Below are positions 46,252 to 53,733 of a stretch of DNA of 64,000 bases, in pieces. Positions within the stretch are counted from its first letter, which is position 1, and every line of letters starts with the position of its first letter. The stretch comes from an uncultured Dehalococcoides sp. (GTDB lineage: Bacteria; Chloroflexota; Dehalococcoidia; UBA2979), in contig CAZVNJ010000004.1 of assembly GCA_964628985.1 (NCBI GenBank), positions 23,628 through 87,627 on the forward strand, written 5' to 3'. Position numbers and translations under genes: made by a program. A model generated the notes under the pieces. The model worked only from the letters and a program-made list of their open reading frames with translations, was not told the origin of the DNA and made no database searches.

Positions 46252-46923
46252 TCAGATCATCCGCTCCTGCAGGCCCGCCGCGATCTTCTGACGCGCGGTG
46301 AGGTGGCCGCGCGCGCTCGTTTCCCGCGCGGGTGCGCCGGCGGGGAAGCCCCGCTCCGTGGGGCGGCGCGCTTCCACTCGCTCTCGCACACGCGCGACCA
46401 TGGTGCGGGCCGCGGCGATCGAGGCGTCGACGTCCTCGATGCTGTCGCCGCGGACGAGTTCCGGCGGCAGGTCGGGCTCGTTGGCGAGGACGGCTTCGCG
46501 GTAGCGGGCGACGGCGGCGCAGGCGAGGCCGCGCTGGCGTTCGAGTTCCTGCTGCGCGGCGGCGAGTGCGGCCTGGAGTCCGCGCGCGCGTTCGACCTCG
46601 ACCTGCCGTTCGGCCTCCCGCTCTTCGTCCCGCGCATCGCGGCCCGCGAGACCCTCGGCGGCGAGGGCTTCGATCTCGGCTTGGACGTCGTCGGGCAGGG
46701 GTTCGCCGTCGGGGTCGACCTCGAAGCCGTCGAGGTCGCCGAGGTGTGCGGCCGGGTCGAGGGCGTCGAAGTCGTCCTCGGGGTCGTCGGCGTCGAGCGG
46801 GTCGCCGAGGTCGTCGTCCGGGTCGTCATCGATGTCGGTGGCGGGCAGGTCGTCGTCGGGGATGGGGTCGAGGGCGTCCTCGAATGCTTCGCGTTCGAGG
46901 ACGTCGGTGAGTATGCGAGCCAT
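46252..46923 (-). CDS. Acidic coiled-coil protein, putative capsid scaffolding protein
   Basis: 223 aa with an Asp/Glu-rich N-terminal half, a helical REAERQVEVERARGLQAALAAAQQELERQ segment and a C-terminal TARQKIAAGL. AGGAGG lies 6 nt before ATG 46923. The call rests on composition and position only. Confidence 0.4.
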   Translation of the reverse strand: MARILTDVLEREAFEDALDPIPDDDLPATDIDDDPDDDLGDPLDADDPEDDFDALDPAAHLGDLDGFEVDPDGEPLPDDVQAEIEALAAEGLAGRDARDEEREAERQVEVERARGLQAALAAAQQELERQRGLACAAVARYREAVLANEPDLPPELVRGDSIEDVDASIAAARTMVARVRERVEARRPTERGFPAGAPARETSARGHLTARQKIAAGLQERMI

Positions 46924-46964
46924 GTGAGCCTCCTCTCGCCCCCGCCGAGGGGCTTGAACGTATA

Positions 46965-46976
46965 GAACACCCGTTC
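46965..46976 (-). promoter_or_regulatory. LexA/SOS box GAACacccGTTC ahead of the scaffold-like gene
   Basis: Perfect 16-bp palindrome TAGAACacccGTTCTA about 40 nt upstream of ATG 46923. Confidence 0.6.
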
Positions 46977-47010
46977 TATCGAAGCTGTCGAGGGTGAGGT
47001 GACGCTCGAC

Positions 47011-47066
47011 CCAGTCCCCCGGCACCTCGCCGCGTGGGCGAGGGGGAGTTCGGGAAGTCGAAGCGG
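47011..47066 (+). repeat. Composite repeat, partial copy E (linker plus hairpin 3)
   Basis: CCAGTCCCCCGGCACCTCGCCgcgtgGGCGAGGGGGAGTTCGGGAAG aligns to the 3' third of copies A and B. Confidence 0.6.
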
Positions 47067-47082
47067 CAGGCCTCGGTGGTTG

Positions 47083-47715
47083 CTACGCGCCGACTTCGGT
47101 GGCGGGGGTGTCCTGGAAGCGGGTGGGGTAGCGGCGGTGGTGTTCGCGGCGGAGGCGGGCGAGGCGCTCGATCTGGTCGGGGTCGCGTAGGTCGCCGGTG
47201 ATCATGACGTGGGCGTCTTCGTCGTTGTCTTTGTAGTACTGGTGGAGGGTGCCCTTGAGGCGGAAGCCGAATTCCTCGTAGAGGTGTCGGGCGCGGGTGT
47301 TGCTGACGCGGACTTCGAGGACGGCGGTGTGGAGTTCCGCGGTGCGGGCGAGGTCGAAGAGGTCGAAGAGGAGGCGGCGGCCGATGCCGTGGCCCTGCTC
47401 TGCCGGGTCGACGGCGATGGTGACGAGGTGGATCTGGTCGACCATGTACCAGCAACCCATGAAGCCGAGGATGCGGTGGTGCGATCCGGTGAGTTTGCGC
47501 TTGAGGGTGGCGAGGGCGCCGTCGGGTGCGGGCTGCTGTTCGACGGCGACGCGGTAGTGGGCGAAGGCGTTGGCGAGTTCTTCTTCGAAGGTGCGTGAGG
47601 GCCAGGCGTCTTCGTAGGCGAGGGATTCGATGCGCCGGACGGCGCGGATGTCGTCGGCGGTCATGTCGCGCAGGGTGATGCGCGGCGCGGGCGCTGCTTC
47701 GTGGTCATCGACCAT
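47083..47715 (-). CDS. rimI: GNAT acetyltransferase, RimI-like
   Basis: ILGFMGCWYMVDQIHLVTIAVDPAEQGHGIGRRLL..LEVRVSNTRARHLYEEFGF, with a ~40-aa C-terminal extension. Confidence 0.7.
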   Translation of the reverse strand: MVDDHEAAPAPRITLRDMTADDIRAVRRIESLAYEDAWPSRTFEEELANAFAHYRVAVEQQPAPDGALATLKRKLTGSHHRILGFMGCWYMVDQIHLVTIAVDPAEQGHGIGRRLLFDLFDLARTAELHTAVLEVRVSNTRARHLYEEFGFRLKGTLHQYYKDNDEDAHVMITGDLRDPDQIERLARLRREHHRRYPTRFQDTPATEVGA

Positions 47716-47781
47716 GGGGAGAGTGTAGGTGTGGTGTGCGCATCGATGATGACGCGGAGTAGCCGTGAGGATGCGAGGCCC

Positions 47782-47980
47782 GTACCGCCTTCGCGTGGCG
47801 AAGGGCGGCCCATCCCCCTGCCCCCATACCGCACCCCACGCGGTCCAGGGCTACCGCGCGGGGGCCCCGCGCAGAGGGGGAAGGGGGTTGAAGAACGTGA
47901 GATCACCCCCACTCCCCCCAACCTCCTCGCCCCTCACGGGGCAAGGGGGAGCCCAGACCCCGGAGGGTGCCGGGAACCTC
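47782..47980 (+). repeat. Three-hairpin composite repeat, copy C
   Basis: GTACCGCC-TTCGCgtgGCGAA..CCCATCCCCCTGCC..(insertion)..GGGGGAAGGGGG..GATCACCCCCACTCCCCCC..CCTCGCCCCtcacGGGGCAAGGGGGAG. Confidence 0.8.
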
Positions 47981-48085
47981 GATGACGGTGAGCGGTCTGT
48001 GCGGCCGGTGGCGTTCGGCCGGGCGAGTCAGGCGGTGCCGCGGGTCAGGCCTCGATGTGCCATGGAGGCTTCGAGGCCGCTCCGG

Positions 48086-48331
48086 CTATGCGGTTGCGGG
48101 CGTTTCGCTCTGCGGGGCCGCGGTGAGCGGCCGCTGCAGGACGTAGTACGCCGTATCCGGGCGCAGGAGGTGGATGCCCTGGAGCGCCCAGCCCTCTTTG
48201 CCCATGGCGGACAGGTACTTGGAGACGAAGGTGGTGCGGTGTTCACCGCTCTGGCGGATGAACTCCACTCCGTCTGCGCTGATCCGTCCGCGTGTGTCCA
48301 CGTATGCGACGCGGAATTCCCATTGGTCCAT
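48086..48331 (-). CDS. DUF4177-like small protein
   Basis: 81 aa, MDQWEFRVAYVD..KEGWALQGIHLL. Confidence 0.45.
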   Translation of the reverse strand: MDQWEFRVAYVDTRGRISADGVEFIRQSGEHRTTFVSKYLSAMGKEGWALQGIHLLRPDTAYYVLQRPLTAAPQSETPATA

Positions 48332-48630
48332 GACTAACCTCCGAACTCACTCATGCATGAGAGGAGTAGACAGGACGCCTGTACTGCACCACCGCCCATC
48401 TCGACGCCCCCGGGTTGGGACTCCTCGATGGCACTTCCCGAGTGCCTTCGGTTCGCGAGATGAATGCGGCCCGTCCGCTGCGAGGCTCCTCTGCCTCGAC
48501 GGGGATGGCGGCCGGACGCCACCGGCCTGGATCCAGTGTGGCACTGGTGTCTAGATCGGGCGTCTCTCCGGAGTGGGATGGTGGGACCTCGCTGGGCCGC
48601 TGTGGTGTCGGTGTTGGGGGAGCGAGGTCC

Positions 48631-48680
48631 GTACTGCTGCGCCTGCGGCGCAGGCAGCCCCCCATCCCCTGCCCCTTCCG
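48631..48680 (+). repeat. Composite repeat, partial copy G (hairpin 1 plus the start of hairpin 2)
   Basis: GTACTGCTGCGCCtgcGGCGCAGGCAGCCCCCCATCCCCTGCCCC aligns to the 5' third of copy A and ends where transposase homology begins. Confidence 0.6.
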
Positions 48681-48683
48681 ACT

Positions 48684-49250
48684 TACCGCCGCTGGTACGA
48701 CCACAAGTGGGGCAAAGAACGGTCGAAGCAGGAGTGGGTCAAAGTGCACGCCGTGACCGGCGCCACGACGAACATTGTCACCGCGATCCACGCGACGGCT
48801 GGCGAGTCCGCCGACTCGCCACAACTCCCGGTGCTGTTCGGACGCACGGCTGAGACATTCGACGTTCGCGAGGTCTCGGCTGACCGGGCGTACTCGTCGC
48901 GGAGCAACCTCCACGCGATCCAGAACATCGGCGCGATGCCGTTCATCCCCTTCAAGAAGGGCAGCACCGGGGCCGTGACGCACCACAAGTTCGACGGCTT
49001 GTGGTCGCGCATGCGGCACTACTACCAGTTCCGCCGCGAAGACTTCCTCGGCCACTACCACAAGCGATCGAATGTCGAGACGACCTTCAGCATGGTCAAG
49101 GCGAAGTTCGGCGGTTCCGTCCGGGCGAAGACGCCCACCGCCCAGGTGAACGAGGCGCTGTTGAAGTTCCTCTGCCACAACATCGTGGTGCTCATCCAGA
49201 GCATCTATGAGTTGGACATCGAGCCTGCATTCTGGGGTGAGCATCACTAG
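48684..49250 (+). pseudogene. IS5-family DDE transposase, C-terminal fragment only
   Basis: YRRWYDHKWGKERSKQEWVKVHAVTGATTNIVTA..ADRAYSSRSNL..HYHKRSNVETTFSMVKAKFG. The expected ~150 N-terminal residues are absent in all frames upstream. Confidence 0.7.
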
Positions 49251-49783
49251 CGCCTCGACCGCGTGAATGTCTCTATTCGTCTTTCGAATCTCCGAATCGG
49301 GCCGACCATGTCGAGGACAATCCACGCCTCGATGCGGCTCGGCCATGCCTCGGAATCGTTGACGTTGCCGGAGGCGTGGCAATCGACTTCGATGGCGGAA
49401 GACATCGGCGGCAATTCGATGTCCGTGATCGCTACCTCGTCGATCAGTAATGGAACCTCCTGCAATGTCTTCCGCCATAACAGAAGCCGCCTGCGCTTGA
49501 GTGCGACGCTGCCCCCGATGACTCGCTCCTTTCGGTCGGTGCGATGGTTCACCAACCGCAGCGTGAACCGCATGTACACCCAAGGACGCATCCCAGGCCC
49601 TTCGTCAGGTAGCGGCGGCTCAATCGCAAGTTGCAGCATCGGGGCGGCGTCGTATTGGCCACTTCCCGGATGACGCCACCCCAAAACGGTCATCTCCATT
49701 CCGCCCTCCATGAGTCTTCGCCAGACCCACCGGAGGATGGGGACGGCTTTCGCCGCCGCCCTGAGCAACTCACCACCTGACAT
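49247..49783 (-). CDS. Hypothetical 178-aa protein
   Basis: Long ORF in a lower-G+C patch, convergent with the IS fragment with a 4-nt overlap. No family recognised. Confidence 0.45.
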   Translation of the reverse strand: MSGGELLRAAAKAVPILRWVWRRLMEGGMEMTVLGWRHPGSGQYDAAPMLQLAIEPPLPDEGPGMRPWVYMRFTLRLVNHRTDRKERVIGGSVALKRRRLLLWRKTLQEVPLLIDEVAITDIELPPMSSAIEVDCHASGNVNDSEAWPSRIEAWIVLDMVGPIRRFERRIETFTRSRR

Positions 49784-49873
49784 ACGTCACCCCCCTTCGG
49801 GGGCATTGTGCTGCCTGCCTCAAATCTCATGAGACTGCCCCAAAAGTCGGGGGCGGGGGTGGGTTCTGAGGCA

Positions 49874-49902
49874 AGGCCCTTCCCCTCGGGGGAAGGGGGC
49901 AC
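49874..49902 (+). repeat. Composite repeat, hairpin-2-only copy F
   Basis: GCCCTTCCCCtcgGGGGAAGGGGGC. Confidence 0.5.
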
Positions 49903-50289
49903 ACGTGGCGACACGGCCAAGCCGCCGGCGGCACCGTCGGCGCGGACCTCGGCAGGCTCCTCCGGGATAGTTCGATGGCGAGGCCCTCGCGCTCGCTGAC
50001 GCAATGGGCGTCCTGGTCCGACGCGCTCCCACCCCGCTCCTGAACCTGACAGTTCTCCTACGCGCCCACCCGGGCGGCTTCGCCATTGCTATCCTCCCGG
50101 CCGGGGTGGACTCACGTACCAGTAACGGGATGGTCGCCGTCGCAGTCGCACTGCACCTCGACACCCGACCAGACTGGCCCCACTCCACTACGCCGAGGGC
50201 GACCCGCTCTTCGACCCCCGTCGAGCCGAGCGCGCCCGCCAGTTCGCCATCGCCTTCATCGGTGGCGCCGCCGTCCGGAGGAAGACCGC

Positions 50290-50925
50290 GTGACACCAGA
50301 CGACGAACCCTCGACCAGCCCGGACGTCCAGACGCCGGCCCCGAAGAAACAGTCGTTCCTCGCCGCCGCATGGGGCGGGTTCTGGGGGACGCGCTGGTTC
50401 GTGAAGTACCCGATCATGGTCGCCGCGGTCCTCGTCGTCCTCAGTGCGTTGGGCAGCACGGAGACAACCACCGAACCCGCTGCAGCCACTCAGGAACCAA
50501 CCGTCGCTGCCGCCTCCGCGAGCGGCGCAACGTCCGGGCCGGCGACGTCTGTCGCCTCGGCCGGCAGCGCAACGGCCGCGCCGACCAAGGCAACCGCTAC
50601 CCCCGGATCGAACCTGACGGCTTCTCAGCAGTCCGCGGTCCGGTCGGCGAACGCCTACCTCCGGATCTCGGGGTTCTCACGGCAGGGCCTGATCGATCAG
50701 CTCTCGTCACCGTTCGGGGACAAGTACCCGGTCGCGGATGCCACGGTTGCGGTAGACAGCCTCAACGTCGATTGGAACGCGCAGGCCGTGAAGTCGGCGA
50801 ACGCCTACCTCCGGATCTCGGGCTTCTCGTGCCAGGGGCTGATCGACCAGCTCTCGTCGCAGTACGGGGACAAGTACACCGTCCCGCAGGCCAGGCACGG
50901 GGCAACTCAGGTCGGCTTGTGCTGA
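50290..50925 (+). CDS. Membrane-anchored protein with two Ltp (host cell surface-exposed lipoprotein) domains
   Basis: GTG 50290 follows GGAGGA. One TM segment (YPIMVAAVLVVLSAL), a Thr/Ala linker, then AVRSANAYLRISGFSRQGLIDQLSSPFGDKY and AVKSANAYLRISGFSCQGLIDQLSSQYGDKY. Confidence 0.7.
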   Translation: MTPDDEPSTSPDVQTPAPKKQSFLAAAWGGFWGTRWFVKYPIMVAAVLVVLSALGSTETTTEPAAATQEPTVAAASASGATSGPATSVASAGSATAAPTKATATPGSNLTASQQSAVRSANAYLRISGFSRQGLIDQLSSPFGDKYPVADATVAVDSLNVDWNAQAVKSANAYLRISGFSCQGLIDQLSSQYGDKYTVPQARHGATQVGLC

Positions 50926-50987
50926 CACCAGCCAGGTTCGCCATCGCCTTCGATTAACGCGCCGCCATCTGCTCGCAGGAGGATCAC

Positions 50988-51263
50988 GTGAAGTCGCGCA
51001 GATATCGATCGCTGTCCCTCATTGCGCTGATCGCCCTCGGCCTCGCTGCCGGCGCCTTCTACCACCAGCGTGTCGAGGTCCAGCACGACACCTGGGCCGC
51101 AGCGGCAATCGCGGTCAGTGTGTCCCTCCTCGCGTTCGGTTCGGTCGGCTGGACCGCGTGGATCCTCACCGCGCCGAACGAACCGCACTGCGGGCGACGG
51201 GTGCGCGCCGACCTTCCGCGCGCCCATGCGGGACGTCCGATCCGAATGGCAATCGCCTCGTGA
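50988..51263 (+). CDS. Small 2-TM membrane protein
   Basis: GTG 50988 follows GGAGGA; LSLIALIALGLAAGAF and AAAIAVSVSLLAFGSVGW. Confidence 0.5.
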   Translation: MKSRRYRSLSLIALIALGLAAGAFYHQRVEVQHDTWAAAAIAVSVSLLAFGSVGWTAWILTAPNEPHCGRRVRADLPRAHAGRPIRMAIAS

Positions 51264-51487
51264 TTCCAGACATCGGGGTCATCATTGGCGTCTACACCTT
51301 TATTCGGCTTTATGAGCTGCTTGTGCCGGCGGCCGGAACCGACCCCGTCACGAGCGGCCAGCGGAAGTTGCTCCACGTTCTCGTCGTCGTTGGCATGCTC
51401 GTCATCGCCTTCCTAACGGCCGACGTCGTCATGCAGGGTGTGGACTTCTCCTCAGACCCGGAGCTGAGCGGCGTGACAACCCGGTGA
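51260..51487 (+). CDS. Small 2-TM membrane protein
   Basis: GTGA overlap with the upstream gene; VIPDIGVIIGVYTFIRLY..LLHVLVVVGMLVIAFL. Confidence 0.4.
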   Translation: MIPDIGVIIGVYTFIRLYELLVPAAGTDPVTSGQRKLLHVLVVVGMLVIAFLTADVVMQGVDFSSDPELSGVTTR

Positions 51488-51504
51488 GAGGCTGATGGTT
51501 AGCG

Positions 51505-51891
51505 ATGAACAGTGTTCCGGTCCTCCAGAGCAGCGGCGGCGACGCCGGAACCGGGTTTGTCATTCTCCTGATGCTCGGCGGTGCCTACTTTACCCCGCTC
51601 ATCGTGGCGGGCATGCGGAACCACCACAACATCGGAGCGATTGCTGTCGTGAACATCTTCACGGGCTGGACGTTCATCGGCTGGATCGTCGCTCTGGCGA
51701 TGGCCGCTGGCCATGTGAAACCAAAGGAAGCATCCTCGCCCCGCATGGCTGAGTTAGGCACGGGCCGGGTCTATGACGATGTCACCGCCCCACCGGTCGC
51801 TTCTGGTGCCGCCTTCTGCACGTCGTGCGGCACGCCGTTCGGCGAGGGCGCCCGCTTTTGCTCGAAGTGCGGGAGCCCGGTGGCCTCCTGA
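51505..51891 (+). CDS. Superinfection immunity (Imm) family protein fused to a C-terminal zinc ribbon
   Basis: YFTPLIVAGMRNHHNIGAIAVVNIFTGWTFIGWIVALAMA matches the Imm_superinfect signature. C-terminal CTSCGTPFGEGARFCSKCG. Confidence 0.7.
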   Translation: MNSVPVLQSSGGDAGTGFVILLMLGGAYFTPLIVAGMRNHHNIGAIAVVNIFTGWTFIGWIVALAMAAGHVKPKEASSPRMAELGTGRVYDDVTAPPVASGAAFCTSCGTPFGEGARFCSKCGSPVAS

Positions 51892-52076
51892 TGGCCTTCC
51901 GATTCCGACGCTCTGTCAAGATCGCGCCCGGGCTGCGCCTCAACATCAACAAGGGCAGCCCGAGCCTCCGCGCCAGTGGACGCGGTGCCGGTTACACCGT
52001 CTCCTCAACGGTTTGCGCACGAAGGCCGTCGGCATCCCCGGCTCAGGCCTCTCTTCCCCTCGGGGGAAGGGGTTAG
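51891..52076 (+). pseudogene. DUF4236-like protein, apparently truncated where repeat copy D begins
   Basis: MAFRFRRSVKIAPGLRLNINKGSPSLRASGRGAGYTVS matches the DUF4236 N-terminus. The frame then runs into repeat D and stops after 61 aa. Confidence 0.5.
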
Positions 52077-52156
52077 ACCAGAGGGGGAATCACCCACTCC
52101 CCCCGGCCCCCTCGCCCTCAAGGGCCTAAAGGGCGAGGGGGAGTTGAGAGTCCGGG
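52031..52156 (+). repeat. Composite repeat, copy D (hairpins 2 and 3)
   Basis: CTTCCCCtcgGGGGAAGG..AATCACCCACTCCCCCCGGCCCCCTCGCCCtcaagggcctaaaGGGCGAGGGGGAG. Confidence 0.8.
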
Positions 52157-52169
52157 CGTGGTGGGCGCG

Positions 52170-53246
52170 TTAGCGCTTGGTAGCGGCGGGCTCCGCCGAG
52201 ACTTCGCGGACGAGGTCCATGAGGCGGCCGAGGGATTCCATGCGCTCGGCGAAGGTGTCTCCGTGGAGGCCGGGGCGGAAGGTGGTGACGCCGGCGTCAC
52301 GGTAGTCGCGGAGGCGCTGCTTCACCATGGCTTCGTCGCCGATCAGGTTGGTGCCGATGACGAGGTCGAGCGGGACGCGGGCGCGGGCTTCGTCGCGTTT
52401 GCCGGAGAGCCAGAGGCGCTGGATCTCCTTCGCCTCGTCGGCGTAGCCCTGGCGCGAGTAGGCGTTGTTGTAGAAGTTGTGCTGCTTTGAGCCCATCGCG
52501 CCGAGCGAGAAGGCGAGGCCGGGGCGCAGCGTCTCGGCGGCTTTCTCGACGTCGCTCGTGAACCAGACGGTGCCGCCGACGGCGATGTCGATCTTGCTGA
52601 AGTCGCGGCCGGCCTTCCGTGCGCCCTCGCGGATCGGGTCGAGGAACTGTGCCGCGTGCTCGGGCAGGAACGAGGTGCCGAGCCAGCCGTCGGCGAGTTC
52701 GCCGGTGAGTTCGAGGTTCTTCGGGCCGAGCGAGGCGACGTAGATCGGGAGGTTGGGGGTGGCGGGCGCGCCGGAGCGGAGTGCCTTGCCCTCGCCGCTG
52801 CCGCCGTGCTGCTGGTCGAGTGGGAGGTGGTAGAACTCGCCGTCGTAGGAGACGGTCTCGCCGTTGAAGACGCGGCGGCAGACCTCGATCACCTCGCGTG
52901 TGTGCTGGATCGGCTTGCGGAACGGGATGCCGTGCCAGCCCTCGATGACCTGGGGGCCGCTGGTGCCGAGGCCGAGCATGAAGCGTCCGCCGGACATGGA
53001 GTCGAGGGTCATCGCGGTCATGGCAACGAGGGCGGGCGTGCGCGTGCCGATCTGGAGGATGCCGGTGCCGAACTTGAGGGTGGTGGTCTTCGCCATGAGG
53101 TAGGCGAGGGGCGTCGCGCCGTCGTGCGCCCACGCCTCGGCGCTCCACAGGGAGTCGACGCCGAGCTTCTCGGCCTCGATGGCGAGGTTCGTGACCTCGG
53201 GCCAGTTCTCGATGGCGTAGCGGTGCAGTCCGACGGCGACCTTCAT
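52170..53246 (-). CDS. LLM-class F420-dependent oxidoreductase
   Basis: 358 aa with LGVDSLWSAEAWAHD, GTGILQIGTRTPALVAMTAMTLDSMSGGRFMLGLGTSGPQVIEGWHG. Confidence 0.8.
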   Translation of the reverse strand: MKVAVGLHRYAIENWPEVTNLAIEAEKLGVDSLWSAEAWAHDGATPLAYLMAKTTTLKFGTGILQIGTRTPALVAMTAMTLDSMSGGRFMLGLGTSGPQVIEGWHGIPFRKPIQHTREVIEVCRRVFNGETVSYDGEFYHLPLDQQHGGSGEGKALRSGAPATPNLPIYVASLGPKNLELTGELADGWLGTSFLPEHAAQFLDPIREGARKAGRDFSKIDIAVGGTVWFTSDVEKAAETLRPGLAFSLGAMGSKQHNFYNNAYSRQGYADEAKEIQRLWLSGKRDEARARVPLDLVIGTNLIGDEAMVKQRLRDYRDAGVTTFRPGLHGDTFAERMESLGRLMDLVREVSAEPAATKR

Positions 53247-53334
53247 GGCGTCCCCCTCATGCGCGTGGCGGCTCTGGTGCCCAAGCGCAGCGCGGTGGGC
53301 AGTGTACCGCCGGGTGAATCAGGAGGGGGCTGGA

Positions 53335-53401
53335 GTTGCACGGGGGCACTTCGTAGCCCACCCGGACCAGTGACTGGTCACGAGTAGACGACCCGTGCAA
53401 C
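53335..53401 (-). terminator. Nested inverted repeats downstream of the 53406 gene
   Basis: GTTGCACGGG..(47 nt)..CCCGTGCAAC with inner GACCAGtgaCTGGTC, 5 nt after the stop codon on the minus strand. Confidence 0.35.
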
Positions 53402-53405
53402 TGCC

Positions 53406-53636
53406 CTACGCGCTTCGTGGGCGCCTGGAAGCCTGTCGGCGGAACTCGTTCAGCGTGACGATCAGCATTTCGGCGGCGTCCACCCAGCCCGATTCCGGGT
53501 TCGTCATCGGGTAGCCGTCAACTGTGACCATGCCGGTGTCGTATGCGACCACCGTGAGGGTCAACTTCAACCCCTTGTCGCGTGCAGTCGGAGCCACCTT
53601 CATGGACTTACGGACACGGTTCAGTGACGCGGGCAT
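53406..53636 (-). CDS. Hypothetical 76-aa protein
   Basis: ATG 53636 follows AAGGGA. No family recognised. Confidence 0.4.
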   Translation of the reverse strand: MPASLNRVRKSMKVAPTARDKGLKLTLTVVAYDTGMVTVDGYPMTNPESGWVDAAEMLIVTLNEFRRQASRRPRSA

Positions 53637-53733
53637 ATCCGATCCCTTCGCAGGTTGCTGCAATCGCGTGCGATTCTAGATCCCTCTCATAGCCTGCTCT
53701 CGATGCTGAGGGCACGGCGAAGTGCGTCGAGTC

